Positions 29,901-42,769 of a stretch of 64,000 nucleotides of DNA are shown here, piece after piece. Under the pieces are notes generated by a model, which saw only the letters and a program-made list of their open reading frames with translations, did no database searches and was not told the origin of the DNA. This stretch comes from Octopus sinensis (taxonomy: Eukaryota). The stretch lies in the NCBI RefSeq assembly GCF_006345805.1, contig NC_043001.1:76198001-76262000 (forward strand), given 5' to 3'. Both the position numbers and the translations under genes were made by a program. Positions within the stretch are counted from its first letter, which is position 1; the number at the start of each line of letters is the position of its first letter.

Positions 29901-30035
29901 GATAGACGTAAATATGTGTCTATATATATATGTGTGTGTGTGTCTCTCTCTCTCTGTGTATGTGTGTGTGTGCGTGCGTCTGCATGTTTATATGCACACA
30001 CATATATATGCATATAACATATATACATACACACA

Positions 30036-30104
<69 letters not shown>

Positions 30105-30112
30105 TACATATA

Positions 30113-30161
<49 letters not shown>

Positions 30162-31953
30162 AATGTGCACCTATCCTCTTTCTTGCAGCGTCTCCCATAT
30201 GTGTTTTCTCTTTTAATTGCTTTTTGTTAGCAGGGGTGCCACCGCAGCTCTTGTTGTCTTCACTGGTATTTGTTTATTCAAAATAACGTGAAACAGTAGA
30301 AGTTGTTGTCTCTTGTATTATCTCTGGCTGTTTGTGTTTCTATGTTTCCTCGCGCAGTTGTACTATTGTGTAAATATGTGCAACATTATCTTTTGATATT
30401 AAAGTTCTATACACATTCCTTAAGTTAGAGCTTGTATCTATAATACCAATAATATTTATTTAGCATTTATCAAAAACCAAAAAACCCTTTCTGCCAATTT
30501 CCCCACTTCTGTTCTCACGAGACAGCATTGTTGTTGACATACCAATGTCTTTAAGTAAAAGAACTATTTAACACAACTTTTCACTTAACTTAAGTGTTTA
30601 TTCAGTAAATTTCTTTAAAGTACTTAGATTTTTGCTTCTAAACACAACAAATCACAAAGTGAACGAAAATAAATTTATTAATTTAATTTGGATTTTCGTT
30701 TCGGGTTTGAAGAAATTTTATAAAATAATTGAGACTGCAGAAACTCTTAACTAATTACAAGACTTTCGTTTATTTTTAATTTTGCAATATTATCTTTCTA
30801 TATTCATTTTTTCTTTTTTTTTTATTCTTTTTTTCCCATGTTGTTCTTTTTTTACTTTCTTTCGTTAGCGTGTAAACTTAAGAATTTCTACGTTGCAGGA
30901 AGAAATTTTGTCGCCAATCCTATAAAGAACTTATCTTTATCTTATTATTTTTTAGTCGTTTCAGTTATTGGACAGCGGCCATGCTGGGGCACTGCCTTGA
31001 AGGGCTTTAATGGAACAAATCGACTTCTTTTTTAACACTGGTACTTTGCGAACCTCTAAGTTACAGGGCGTAATCAACCCAACACCAGTCGTCAAGTGGC
31101 GGTGGATGACAAACACAAACACTCATAGATACACAGACATATATAGATGACTAGCTTCCATACAGTTTTCGCTTCCCAAATTTGCTCATAATGTATTGGT
31201 CGGCTCGTAGCCTCGTTAGAAGACCTTTTCTCAAAGTGCCACATTATGGAACCGAACCCGAAATCACGTGGCTGCAAAGCGAATTTCTTAATCACAGCTA
31301 TTTGTATCCATTGTGAAATTTGTCTTCGTTATCATTTTGTCTTCAAATTCCGTCAAGGTCGACTTTGCCTTTCATCCTTTCAGGGTCAATAAATTAAGTA
31401 CCAATGAGACTATGGGGGCGGTGTAATTGACTAGACCTCTCCCGCAAAATTTCAGGCCTTGTACCTATAGTAGAAAGGATTATTATTTTGTTTTCACAGA
31501 TTGGTTTTTACCAAGAGCAAAATAATTTGTGGGGAGTTTTAGCTGTTGTTTTAATGACTTAGCCAGAGGAGGAACGTCAGTACCTGTGATCCTTTCCATG
31601 GTCTCTGAGACTTGGTGGTGAGGATTTTTCTGCTTCATACACCTGATACAATGTTTTGGAAAATTTCCTCACAGATTGCTAAAATAGCTCATTTGAGAGA
31701 GCGCTGGGCGAAAGATCTAATGAGACTTGGTTTAATTCCAGATTTCGGCATGTTAATGAGGTTCGGTTTTGCACTTGAAATTATAACTAATTAAAACCTT
31801 TATACTTAATTGACATGACTGTATGGCTCACTTTGCAAACACGGTGTCACTGCCCAGCACCTTGGGCAAATGTCTTCTACTATAGCCTCGGGCCAACCAA
31901 TGCCTTATAAGTAAATTTAGTAGATCCAAAACTATATGGAATGCCGTCATATG

Positions 31954-31989
<36 letters not shown>

Positions 31990-34072
31990 CGTGTGTGTGT
32001 TTGTGTGTGTGCGTGTGCATCTTTGTGCCTGTGTTCTCCTAACACTGCTTGACAACCAGTGTAGGTTTGTTTACTTCCCTGTAACGTAGCAGTTCAGCAA
32101 AAGAAACTGACAGAATAAGTACCAGACTTTAAAAAGTAGCATAAGGCGATTTATTTAGCTAAAACCCTTCAAGATGGTGCTCCAGCATGGCTACAGTCCA
32201 ATGACTGAAACAAATAAAACACCAAAGAAAATATATAAAAATGTAGCTTTTCATGTTGATAACGAAATTCTTTTTCTTTTTTTTTTTTTTTGACAAATTA
32301 AAAATATAGAAGTTACGAAACTTTAGAAACAGATTTTGCAAAATTTCAGGCCTTGGGTACCTGCTGAAAATATAAAAGGGTTTCGGATAGTATAATAGCT
32401 TTACTCTCGATCAGAAGGAGAGCTTCTAATATCTCTAAGTAGTCTTTGCAGTTTCTGTATGGAGTAAAGCATTTCTAATGTTCATTTGTCCACCTTTAGA
32501 CCACAATTGGGACGAGGTGACGAAATGGGTAGAGAGGAAGTTGTCCTTGAAAGGACAGGTAGAGGTGGCGAATACCTCCATCGCCTCCGTCATCATTTAT
32601 CGTCTGACCAACGTGCCTTGCCCCAACGTGCCTTGATCAAGTTGGAGAGTCTCTTGTTCATTTTCTTGTGGAAGGGACGTGTTCCAATTGTCAGGCGGTC
32701 GATCTACTGCCAGCTCCCTCTGAGTGGCGGCTTAAGCATGCTGTGGCTTTTGAAGCGCAGACACACGCTCATGTTGCACCATCAGCAATGATTTCTAAAA
32801 GGTTGAACGTATGTGGGCTCCGTTTGTGAGGTACGTCTTTCCCCAACTTGTCTCTTTGACGGAACAGCAGTACTAGGTTAAGGATAGGATCAGTGGATGT
32901 TCCACTTCAGCTATTTATAGAGGATTAGTGGCAGAGAAGTGCGATGACGTCCTAGGGGAGACTCTGAACGTCGATGAAGATGAACTGACTAGTCTGTTCC
33001 GGAGGATTTTTTGATCGGAGACTGTTATAGACAATTTCCAAATGTCTGGCTTAACAGTACTACCGGAGAGCACTACCGGTTCGAGATAAACTCTACAGGT
33101 ACGGATGTGCTATCAGACGGGCTTGTCCGAGGTGCGCGCAAAGCGACGAAACCGTTCTGCATACACTCGTTCAGGGTCCGGGGATTACTGACTTGTGGAG
33201 TTATATCGAACAGCTGCTGAGTCGTGTGGGACGGATCCATCTGTCGTCCGAGTCCATAGTGACGATTGCTCCACCGACCTTCTTTAATCGCGCAGAGAAG
33301 GCAGTTTTCCTTTGCCTGGTAGTTGTGACGAAAGGGGTTATCTGGTGGACGAGGCTGAAAGGAATGAGAACAAAAACATTCCTCTTTGGTTAAGTCCTCT
33401 TTTTCAAGTTTCACTTGAAAAGGAAAGTGAGGGTGGAGAGAGAGGTGAATTTATGAAAAGTAGGGTGAAAGTTGCGAAGATGGTTAGATGGATGGTACCA
33501 CTCTCAGTGTAGACCTATGAGTCGGAGGAAAGGAGTTGGAAAAGGTATTCGTCCGAGGTATCCAGGGTGATCTTGGATGATGGGGTTTTTCGATCATCCC
33601 TAGAGGTCCCCCTGCATCAGGAGGACCCCCATCACAATTTTTCCTTTTACATATTTATTTTTTTATTTCTTTACTACCCACAAGGGGCTAAACACAGAGG
33701 AGACAAACAAGGCCAGACAAACGAATTAAGTCGATTACATCGACCCCAGTGCGTAACTGGTACTTAATTTATCGACCCCGGAAGGATGAAAGGCAAAGTC
33801 GACCTCGGCGGAATTTGAACTCGGAACGTAACGGCAGACGAAATACGGCAACGCATTTCGCCCGGCGTGCTAACGTTTCTGCCAGCTCGCTGCTTTTCCT
33901 TTTACATATTGCTGTATACTATTGTATACTTCACTTCTTTTAATGTATATTGTGTATTCTTCTTTTTTCTATCATTCCATTATATGTAAACCCCTACACT
34001 TTATGTCTGCCTTTGCATTGTCTCCTTATCCTTAGCCCTGATGACAAATAAAAGAAATCATCATCATCATCA

Positions 34073-34159
<87 letters not shown>

Positions 34160-37100
34160 TATTATTATTATCATCATTATTATTATCAGATATTGATGAA
34201 TGTGCAGATGGAGGTGGAGGTTGTAGTGACAATTGTGTCAACACCCACGGCAGCTACGAATGTACATGTCCTAAAGGATTCAAAACTCTAAGTGATCTGA
34301 AAACATGCACAGGTAAGAAAAAGACGCAAACATTATCTAGTATATACTCACACACAAATACACACACGCTTTCATTTATACGTACATGAGCAAACAAGCA
34401 TAGATACAAATGGATAGCTGAAGATGAATTCAACGGGATAATTACAGGCTGAGACAATGGGGTGACCAAAATGGTCGAATGTGTACTATTGAGAAAGAAA
34501 ACAAAATGTAGAAGCACAAGTTACAATAAGCTACATCGTGATCAACCATCCTACTCCAATAATTTTTTCGACTGCATTAACCATGTAATAAGGATATGGA
34601 TTTTCTTTCCAAACCAGATTAAATGTACTACTTCTTCCTCACACGTGCCTGTCCCGTACCGATAGCTACCGCAGTAATTAACCAAACTCAGGATAATGAC
34701 AGAGTCTCTATACCCTAGTTCCAAGTGCACAGACACACAAAAACAAGGTTTTCTTTTATACAACTTTCTATCTGTGTTTTTTGCCTTTTCTGCAACTTAT
34801 TTTGTATATCTTTCACTTTGTTTCATCTGAACTTCTAACTGCTTTATCTTTTCTAAACCTCTTTTTGGCTTGTTTCTATGTTGTTCTTGTTCTAGTCATG
34901 TGTGTATTGTGTTGTGTATTGTTATGCTGTTCTTTTACAAATTATATGTATATTTTCATGAATGGTTAACAGTTATATTAGAAGAATTAAGTCATTTCTT
35001 CTATTTCTATCCAGATATAGACGAATGTTCAATACCGTCTACATGTGATCATATTTGTATTAACACACCTGGAAGTTTCCATTGTAAATGCCGACCAGGT
35101 TATGAAAATTATGGTATCACACATTGTGCAGGTAAGTGACAACATAACAATCACCGGAATCAGCTTACATACAGACTTACAACAAACTTATTTGAGATTT
35201 TTTTTCGCACGTTTACGTTATATTAACGACTAATTCAAACAGATGGCTCTTCTGACTCACAATATTGTCTTCATTGTCTTAAAGAACTAAAAATGACTTC
35301 GTCTTTATCCTGTAAAGCTGAACCGTCATTAAAGTCAATTATCATCACCACCGCCACCAACATCAGCACCACCACCATCATCATCATCATCATCATCATT
35401 GTTTTATGTTCCACTTTTCCTTGCTGGCACGAGTCAGAGAGGGTAATTTTGAAGCAGTATCTTGCGGTCAAATGCCCTTCTTGTCACCCAAGTTATTTTG
35501 TTGTCCCTTACGACACACAGGGACACAGTGTATCTATTCTAAAACCGAAATACACACACCAAACTAAAACTGGAAAGCATACGGTTAACAAGGAAAACAT
35601 TGAGATAATTTGCTCGCACTAAATATGACATGGACGAATTCAAAATCTCAGAATTCACAAACTTGACAGTGCTAACGACAATAATATTAGCATGAATAAT
35701 ATTACGTCAGCACAGCTCATACGTGGTCTGATCAGTAAGTATCCGGACTGTTGCCATAGCAACGAAACTAAAGCACGCGTTCCGTTCAAGCACTGGTATA
35801 AACAGCAGAAGTGAGATAAAACATTAAAACTTAGTGAGCATGCACAGCAGAGTTCAAGGTCAATCTTTGCCAAGCGGCTTTACACTGCGTGCTTTAGCTT
35901 CGTTACTGTGGAAACAGTCCGGATACTTATTGATCAAACCTCGTATTACATTCAACTCAACGAGCAGACGAAACACTAAAATAGCAACAGAAACAACAAA
36001 ACCTAATTCTGCAACACAGCAACACTGGTATAATATGCAAACACAGTTCTATATTTCCAGATGACAATGTTTTACAGAGATGTAATTGCATAGCAAGTGA
36101 CCTGATCTGAGATCGTGTGCTGGAACAAAAACAATTGCAGCGGGGAAGGTGTCTATAAGCCATTTAAGAAACACACAAAAACCGTTAGATTCACTTCAAC
36201 ATTTAAATTTAATTTGTCAAAAATTTTCGTCGCTTTGAGACCGCGACCTGTTCACTGACGGAGTTTTGTCAAAGGACAGTTCTCGATCTCAAAGCGACGA
36301 AAATATTTTGATAAATTAAATTTAAATGTTGAAGTGAGTCTAACGGTTTTTGTGTGTTTCTTAAATGTTTTACAGATTTCGAAAAAATGGAGATGCACTC
36401 ATTGATGCAGTAAAAACTTGCATAAAAAAATGTTGGAAAACATTTACTGCATTTTCCGGCATACAAGTCGAATTTGTCGAATTTTTAAGATCAAAATTTG
36501 CAGCCCAAAGGAAAGTAGATCAACTTATACGTCAAGATGGCTTTCGAGGAGCAAAACTTCGATGTGAAATTCAGCAAGATTTGGGAAGATAGTAACGATG
36601 TTTGACTGTTTATATTACATGTTTACATCGACGTCTATGCCGGAAAATGTGGTACTAACAAACATACTGAGAGGTGCAATAATGTAATAAAACAGGAAAA
36701 GCAGAGATTAAGAATCTTTAACAATATATAACAAATACATTTGACTACAAGAATGCTATATCAATGATACAATGCTCGTAAAATATTTAAAAATTATAAT
36801 ACAGGACTATATATAGGTATGGATGTATGCGTATATAATTTATATAACAATATTATATTATAAATAATACACACACACAAATACGTACATACATACCAAC
36901 CCGGTTGTGTTGACGTCGGAACAAAGAATACTCGTTACCATAGTTGTTGGTTGTTCCTTCTCGAGCCACGCCTAGCTCATAGGGCCGGTTTCCCGGTTTA
37001 CTTGGCGTATAGGTTTTCCCACCTGGACGGGACGCCGGTCCGTCGCAGGTGAGCTGCAAGATGCAGGAGCAAAGACTGAGAGAAAGCTTTAGCGAAAGAC

Positions 37101-40100
37101 TCAGCAGAAGTTCGCCATTACTTTCTGCCGGAGCTGCGTAGAGCTTAGATGTTTCGCTCATAAACACACACATCGCCCGGTCTGAGATTCGAACCCACGA
37201 TCCCTCGACCGCGAGTCCGCTGCTTGAACCACTAGGCCATGTGCTTCCACCGTTACCATAGTAGATATTAATATTTTTACTTTGGTCGAATCAGGTACAT
37301 AGAATCTTCAGTCAATACTATAATAGTATAAAATATACTTGTAATACTATGAAATATGTAATACTATATCAATATAAAATATATAATAATGTAATGCAAA
37401 TAATAAAAAAAAGTAATAATAAAACAGAACTATATGTTTTGAACTTGTTTGTGGTTGTCATTGAGGAGAGTTACATATTTCGAAATAGATGATACTTTTA
37501 ATTAAAATTGTTTCCCAATGTGAAAAAACACGAATTGATAAGGAATTACTAATGAATAATCAATTGTCCTGCAGATGTGAATGAATGCACCAATAATATT
37601 GGAGGTTGTGAACAAGGTTGTGAAAATACAGAAGGAAGTTTTAAGTGTAAATGTAAAGAAGGTTATCGACTTCACCCCAACCAAAAGGATTGCATGAGTA
37701 CGTATTTCTAACAACTGGACTTTTTTTATTCTTTCTATAAATGGTTTTTTTTATTTTGAAAAAAGAATTAATTTGACTAGCAACGGAATTGATTCCGAAA
37801 ATTATATCTTAAATACTAAGAATAGCCTTCTTACGATTTCAAATATCTCTCAAACATATTTGAACTGGTAACAAGTTTATTTTATTTATTTATTTAAAAT
37901 CTTTCAGGAAGATTTCAAATACTAAACTAACGTTTTACTAACTTAACTTCTGAAACATTATATTTCATTTTATACAATAGCTTCAGCGGTTTCAGATTTG
38001 AAATTAATGAAGACAGAATATTGTTTCACAATTTTGATACAAGGCTAGCAATTTTAGGGAGATTGCTTAGCCGATTATATCAGCTTAGTACTTGACTAAT
38101 ACTTTATAATATCTGCCCCAAAAGGATGAAAGGCAAAGTTGACCTTAGTGGGATTTGAGCTCATCATGTAAAGGTTAGGGGAAAATACCTATTCCTTTAC
38201 TACCTACAAGGGGCTAAACACAGAGGGGACAAACAAGGACAGACAAACGGATTAAGTCGATTACATCGACCCCAGTGCGTAACTGGTACTTATTTAATCG
38301 ACCCCGAAAGGATGAAAGGCAAAGTCGACCTCGGCGGAATTTGAACTCAGAACGTAGCGGCAGACGAAATACCGCTAAGCATTTTGCCCATCGTGCTAAT
38401 ATTTCTGCCAGCTCGCCGCCTTCAGATTAGGGAAAAATAACGCCAAGCATTTTGTCTGACGCGCTAACGAATCGGCTCTCTCGTTGCCTTATATTAAAAT
38501 ATTCTTTCTACTGCAAGCACAAGGCTTGGACTCATGTGGGAGGGGGATAGTCTAATACATCGATGCCAACACTCAAATAGCACTTATTCTGCCATCACAC
38601 CGTCCTACTCCATCTTTTAATATCATTTCTTCGTCTTCGTTAAAGGCGGTGAGTTGGTGTGAGCAATTAGCAAGCCCTTTATCCTTTCGGCGTCGATAAA
38701 ATAAGTACGAGTTGAGCACTAAGACCGATGTAATCGAGTTAAACCGTTCTCCGCAATTACTGGCCTTAAGCCAAAATTTGAAACTTATATTAATCTTTCG
38801 TTAAGGCAGCCAAGTGACAGAATCATTAGCACGCCGATCAAAATGCTTAATAGCATTCTTTCCGGATTTTAGTTCAAATTCCACCGAGGTCGTATTTTTA
38901 AGGCCAATAAGTTCTAGTAAAGTATTGGGTTCCATGTAATCAACAGCTCCTCTCATTTCAAAATGTCAAGCCTTGTGTCTATATTAGAAAGCATATTTAT
39001 TTTATATTAAACGCTATTGGTTTATATCTTTATGATTGTAAAAACCAGCCAATCAAAGAAGGGAGAACTGTCTTTAATGGATTCTTGTAAATGCTCTTTA
39101 TCAAGATGCGTTTATTAACAAAAGGAATTATTTTCAACAATAAGGCGCTAACATAGTTGAGTGGTTAAAATGCTCGCTTCACAACTACATACATTAATGC
39201 TTTTTCCATAAGTATTTTGTAAATATTCTGTAGATGAAAATGTAAATCTTACTGTAAATGTTTCCTTTTTACTAGGAGCAGATGTTTGCATCCGTCTGAA
39301 GACACCAGCCAAAGCCCAACTGTTATGTCAAAATGTCGGCGACACAAATATGTGTATTTTACGCTGTAACAGCAACGCCCATTTCACGAGTGATGCTTCA
39401 CGGACTGACTATACATTCATATGTAATAAAGAGACAAAGTATGAATGGTCCCACAACAATAAAACCTATGTAGTCCTTCCAAGTTGTTCCGGTAAGTTGT
39501 CTAAACATTATTCTTTCCCCTTTTTTCTAAACTCATCTTGAGAGGATAGATATAGTTAAACATCGATTTCTTCCATGCATAGTTGTCTTATGTTAAAATT
39601 GACGTATATTCTATTCGCCTGTTTATCTCTCTTATCGTGTTCTCTTAATAAAGGAATCAATATCACTGTGGGTGTGTAAATGTGTGCGTGAAATGTGTGT
39701 GTGTGTGTGTTCACGAGGTGCATTCCAGAAGTTTTCAGGTTTCGTTTAGGAAAAACCTGCCTTAGATTATTATTTATTCGAGATTGAAGGAACTGGTTGT
39801 AACAGGACTTTGAAAACATCCTACTAAACTAGTTTGCAGAATGCAGTCGGGATGTGAATGCAATTTGGAAGCTTACTATGCAATAAAGTTTTGTGTTAAA
39901 TTAGGAAAACGCTACAGAAACCTATGAAATGCTCCAGACGGCTTAAGGATTAACTTGTATGAGCTGAGCATGTTTTTCGCTGGCACAAGAGCTCCAAGAA
40001 TGGTAGAGAGGAGATTAGAGATGATGAGACGTGTGGGAGGGAGAGGGACTTCAGAATATCTGAGGTGGTTGAGAAAATTCGTGATTTTCTGGATGAAGAC

Positions 40101-41405
40101 CGTTGTATGTCTATTAAGACATTAAGCATATTGTTTGGGGTTGGGGTGGCAACTATACCCAGAATTATTCATGCAAATTTGAGCATGAACAAAATTTGTG
40201 CAAAGATTGTTCTCAGAATACTCTGTGACGAACAGAAGAAAAGATGCATTAGTGACAGCAAGGAGAGGGAAGCATCCTGGTTCGCCCAGACCCAAGAAAG
40301 CCAGGCAAAGCAAGTCCACGAGAAGGCTTGTGATGATCTCCCTTTTTGACAGCGAGAGCATCATCTACATTCACTAGGTTCCCACTGGCCCACGGTCAAC
40401 AAAGAATACTTTGTGGAGGTTTTGAGAGAGTTCAAGAAGAGATTTCCTCACACAAGTCCAGAGCTCTTCCACTCAGGCCAGTGGCACCTACACTAGGACA
40501 GTGTACCAGTGCACTATTCCATCCTGGTAACCAAGCACTTGACAGAGGTGGGCATCAAAGCTGTCCCTCATCCTCCCTACAGTCCAAACCTTGCTTTCCG
40601 TGACTTTTGGTTGTTCCCAAACTGAAGGATAACCTCAGAGGCAGTCTTTTTCTAATTATTGAAAATATGATGGTGAATGTGACAAGGGTCCTGAACAACT
40701 TCCTTTTTTAGGACTTCCATGGGACCTTCACAAAATGGTTGGAGCGCCACAACAAATGCATTGAAGTGAGAGGGTCCTACTTTGAAGGAGATTACATCTT
40801 TGTACTTCTATGAAATTAATAAATGAAACTCCTGAAAGAGTCTCAAAACGTCCAGAATTCACCTTGTATATTTCCTAGAAAAAGACTAAATTTCTAACAA
40901 AACGAACAAAAACTCCATCACTGGAATTTGGATAACATCGACAATAATTGTTGCATTATTTCGGGGGATTTTTTTCGTCTTTTCTTCAGCACTTCTAAAT
41001 ATGATTCATGAAGTGTTTCTTTGATCCTAGTCAAGAAGTTGCTATTTTTCTAGCCCAAGTCGAGTACTGCAAATCTTCCTTCCACGATAACCTTCAATAC
41101 TAATGCAACCTTAACCTTTGAATCTATAAATCATTCCAATGCTCTTGGATCAATTAAATACTTCTACAACGTCTGGATTTTTTTTTTCAGTTAAAACTTG
41201 GGTATCCTCAATATCGTGGCTATGATCACAATTTAAAATGCAAATAATGTTTGGGGTTTTTTTGCCTTTTTTATTGGGTATTCCCTTTCAGATTCTCTTC
41301 CTCTCCGTTTCAAGCGGAATAGTATATTTCCTGACATTAAAAAATATTATACATGTTATGTCATACATGTTGAACATAACATATATATATATACATACAT
41401 ACATG

Positions 41406-41452
<47 letters not shown>

Positions 41453-42457
41453 ATACATATATAAAAATATATGTATATCTACATATATACACATACAAAT
41501 ATATACATATACATAATACATATATATGTATGTGTGTATGTATGTATGTATATGTATCTGTGTGAGGGCGCATGGCCTAGTGGTTAGAGTGTTGCACTCA
41601 CGACCACGAGATTGTGGTTTCAATTCCAAGACTGTGCTGTGCGTTGTGTTCTTGAGCAAAACACTTCATCTCATGTTGTTCTGCGATCACTTCGACACCT
41701 AACACGTTGTACACCGTGCACCTGTTCAGGCAACTTCGATTTGATGGAGTAAGTGAGCTAATGTACGGTACATACACTTGATCACTATAAACAAATCATT
41801 TGTACAGGTCGTTCCGCAAAAAGCTGAACGCTTATACGTCGTCTGCGACGGGAGAATCCACAATATATGACTATAGTTCACAATGAATACATAACATAAA
41901 TTAAAGTAATAAAGAAGGATATGAATGCACATGCATACCTACCTATGGGTCATAACCCCGAAATTATTTCCATTCTGCCAATGTAGCCAACATTCTACGG
42001 GCGACCACAACTTGTATATGTAGTGAGGTATCTTATTTAAATGAGACACCTGATGAGACAACCTGCATTGATGTATGCAACACAGCTAGCTGTACAATAT
42101 CCCACCCGTAAGGGATAGATGCAGGATGGGTCGAAATGATTGTTGTGTTGAATAAAGGTTCTTGCAAAACCCATTTTTCTTTTCACTCTTTCATTATAAA
42201 CTCTTTCATTATAAACTCAGTGAACACTGCGGAATTCCTGACATAGAGCCAGTGGCAATTATATCGTAACTGTGGATGACATCAGCTAGCCTAAACGGTG
42301 AAAGTGCTTTAATCTGCATACTACTAGACATATACCCAAAGTCCAAATAACTACTTTTATAAATATATATATATGTACATATTTATACATACATACATAT
42401 ATACACACACACACAAACACACACACGCACGCACACACGCACGCACACACACACATA

Positions 42458-42509
<52 letters not shown>

Positions 42510-42707
42510 TATATATGTACACACATTATCCTTTTCAGATGCTGTTCTTCCACCCGGTTTCAAGCGGAAAGCTGTATTTCTGATGATGACAGCAGAAAAA
42601 TGCCGGTTGAAGAAGCACACAACGGACAACTTCAAGGAAAACCTATTACAGACATTACACAGTAAGTCAGTAATTATCTAACAACTGTACAAGTAGTAGT
42701 AGTAGTC

Positions 42708-42769
<62 letters not shown>

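Noticed and set aside
30231-30265. Possible micro-exon (ttag|cagggg...actg|gtattt)
   Set aside because: Lengths of 35 or 32 nt break the frame, the donor is weak, and no SCUBE segment is missing there.
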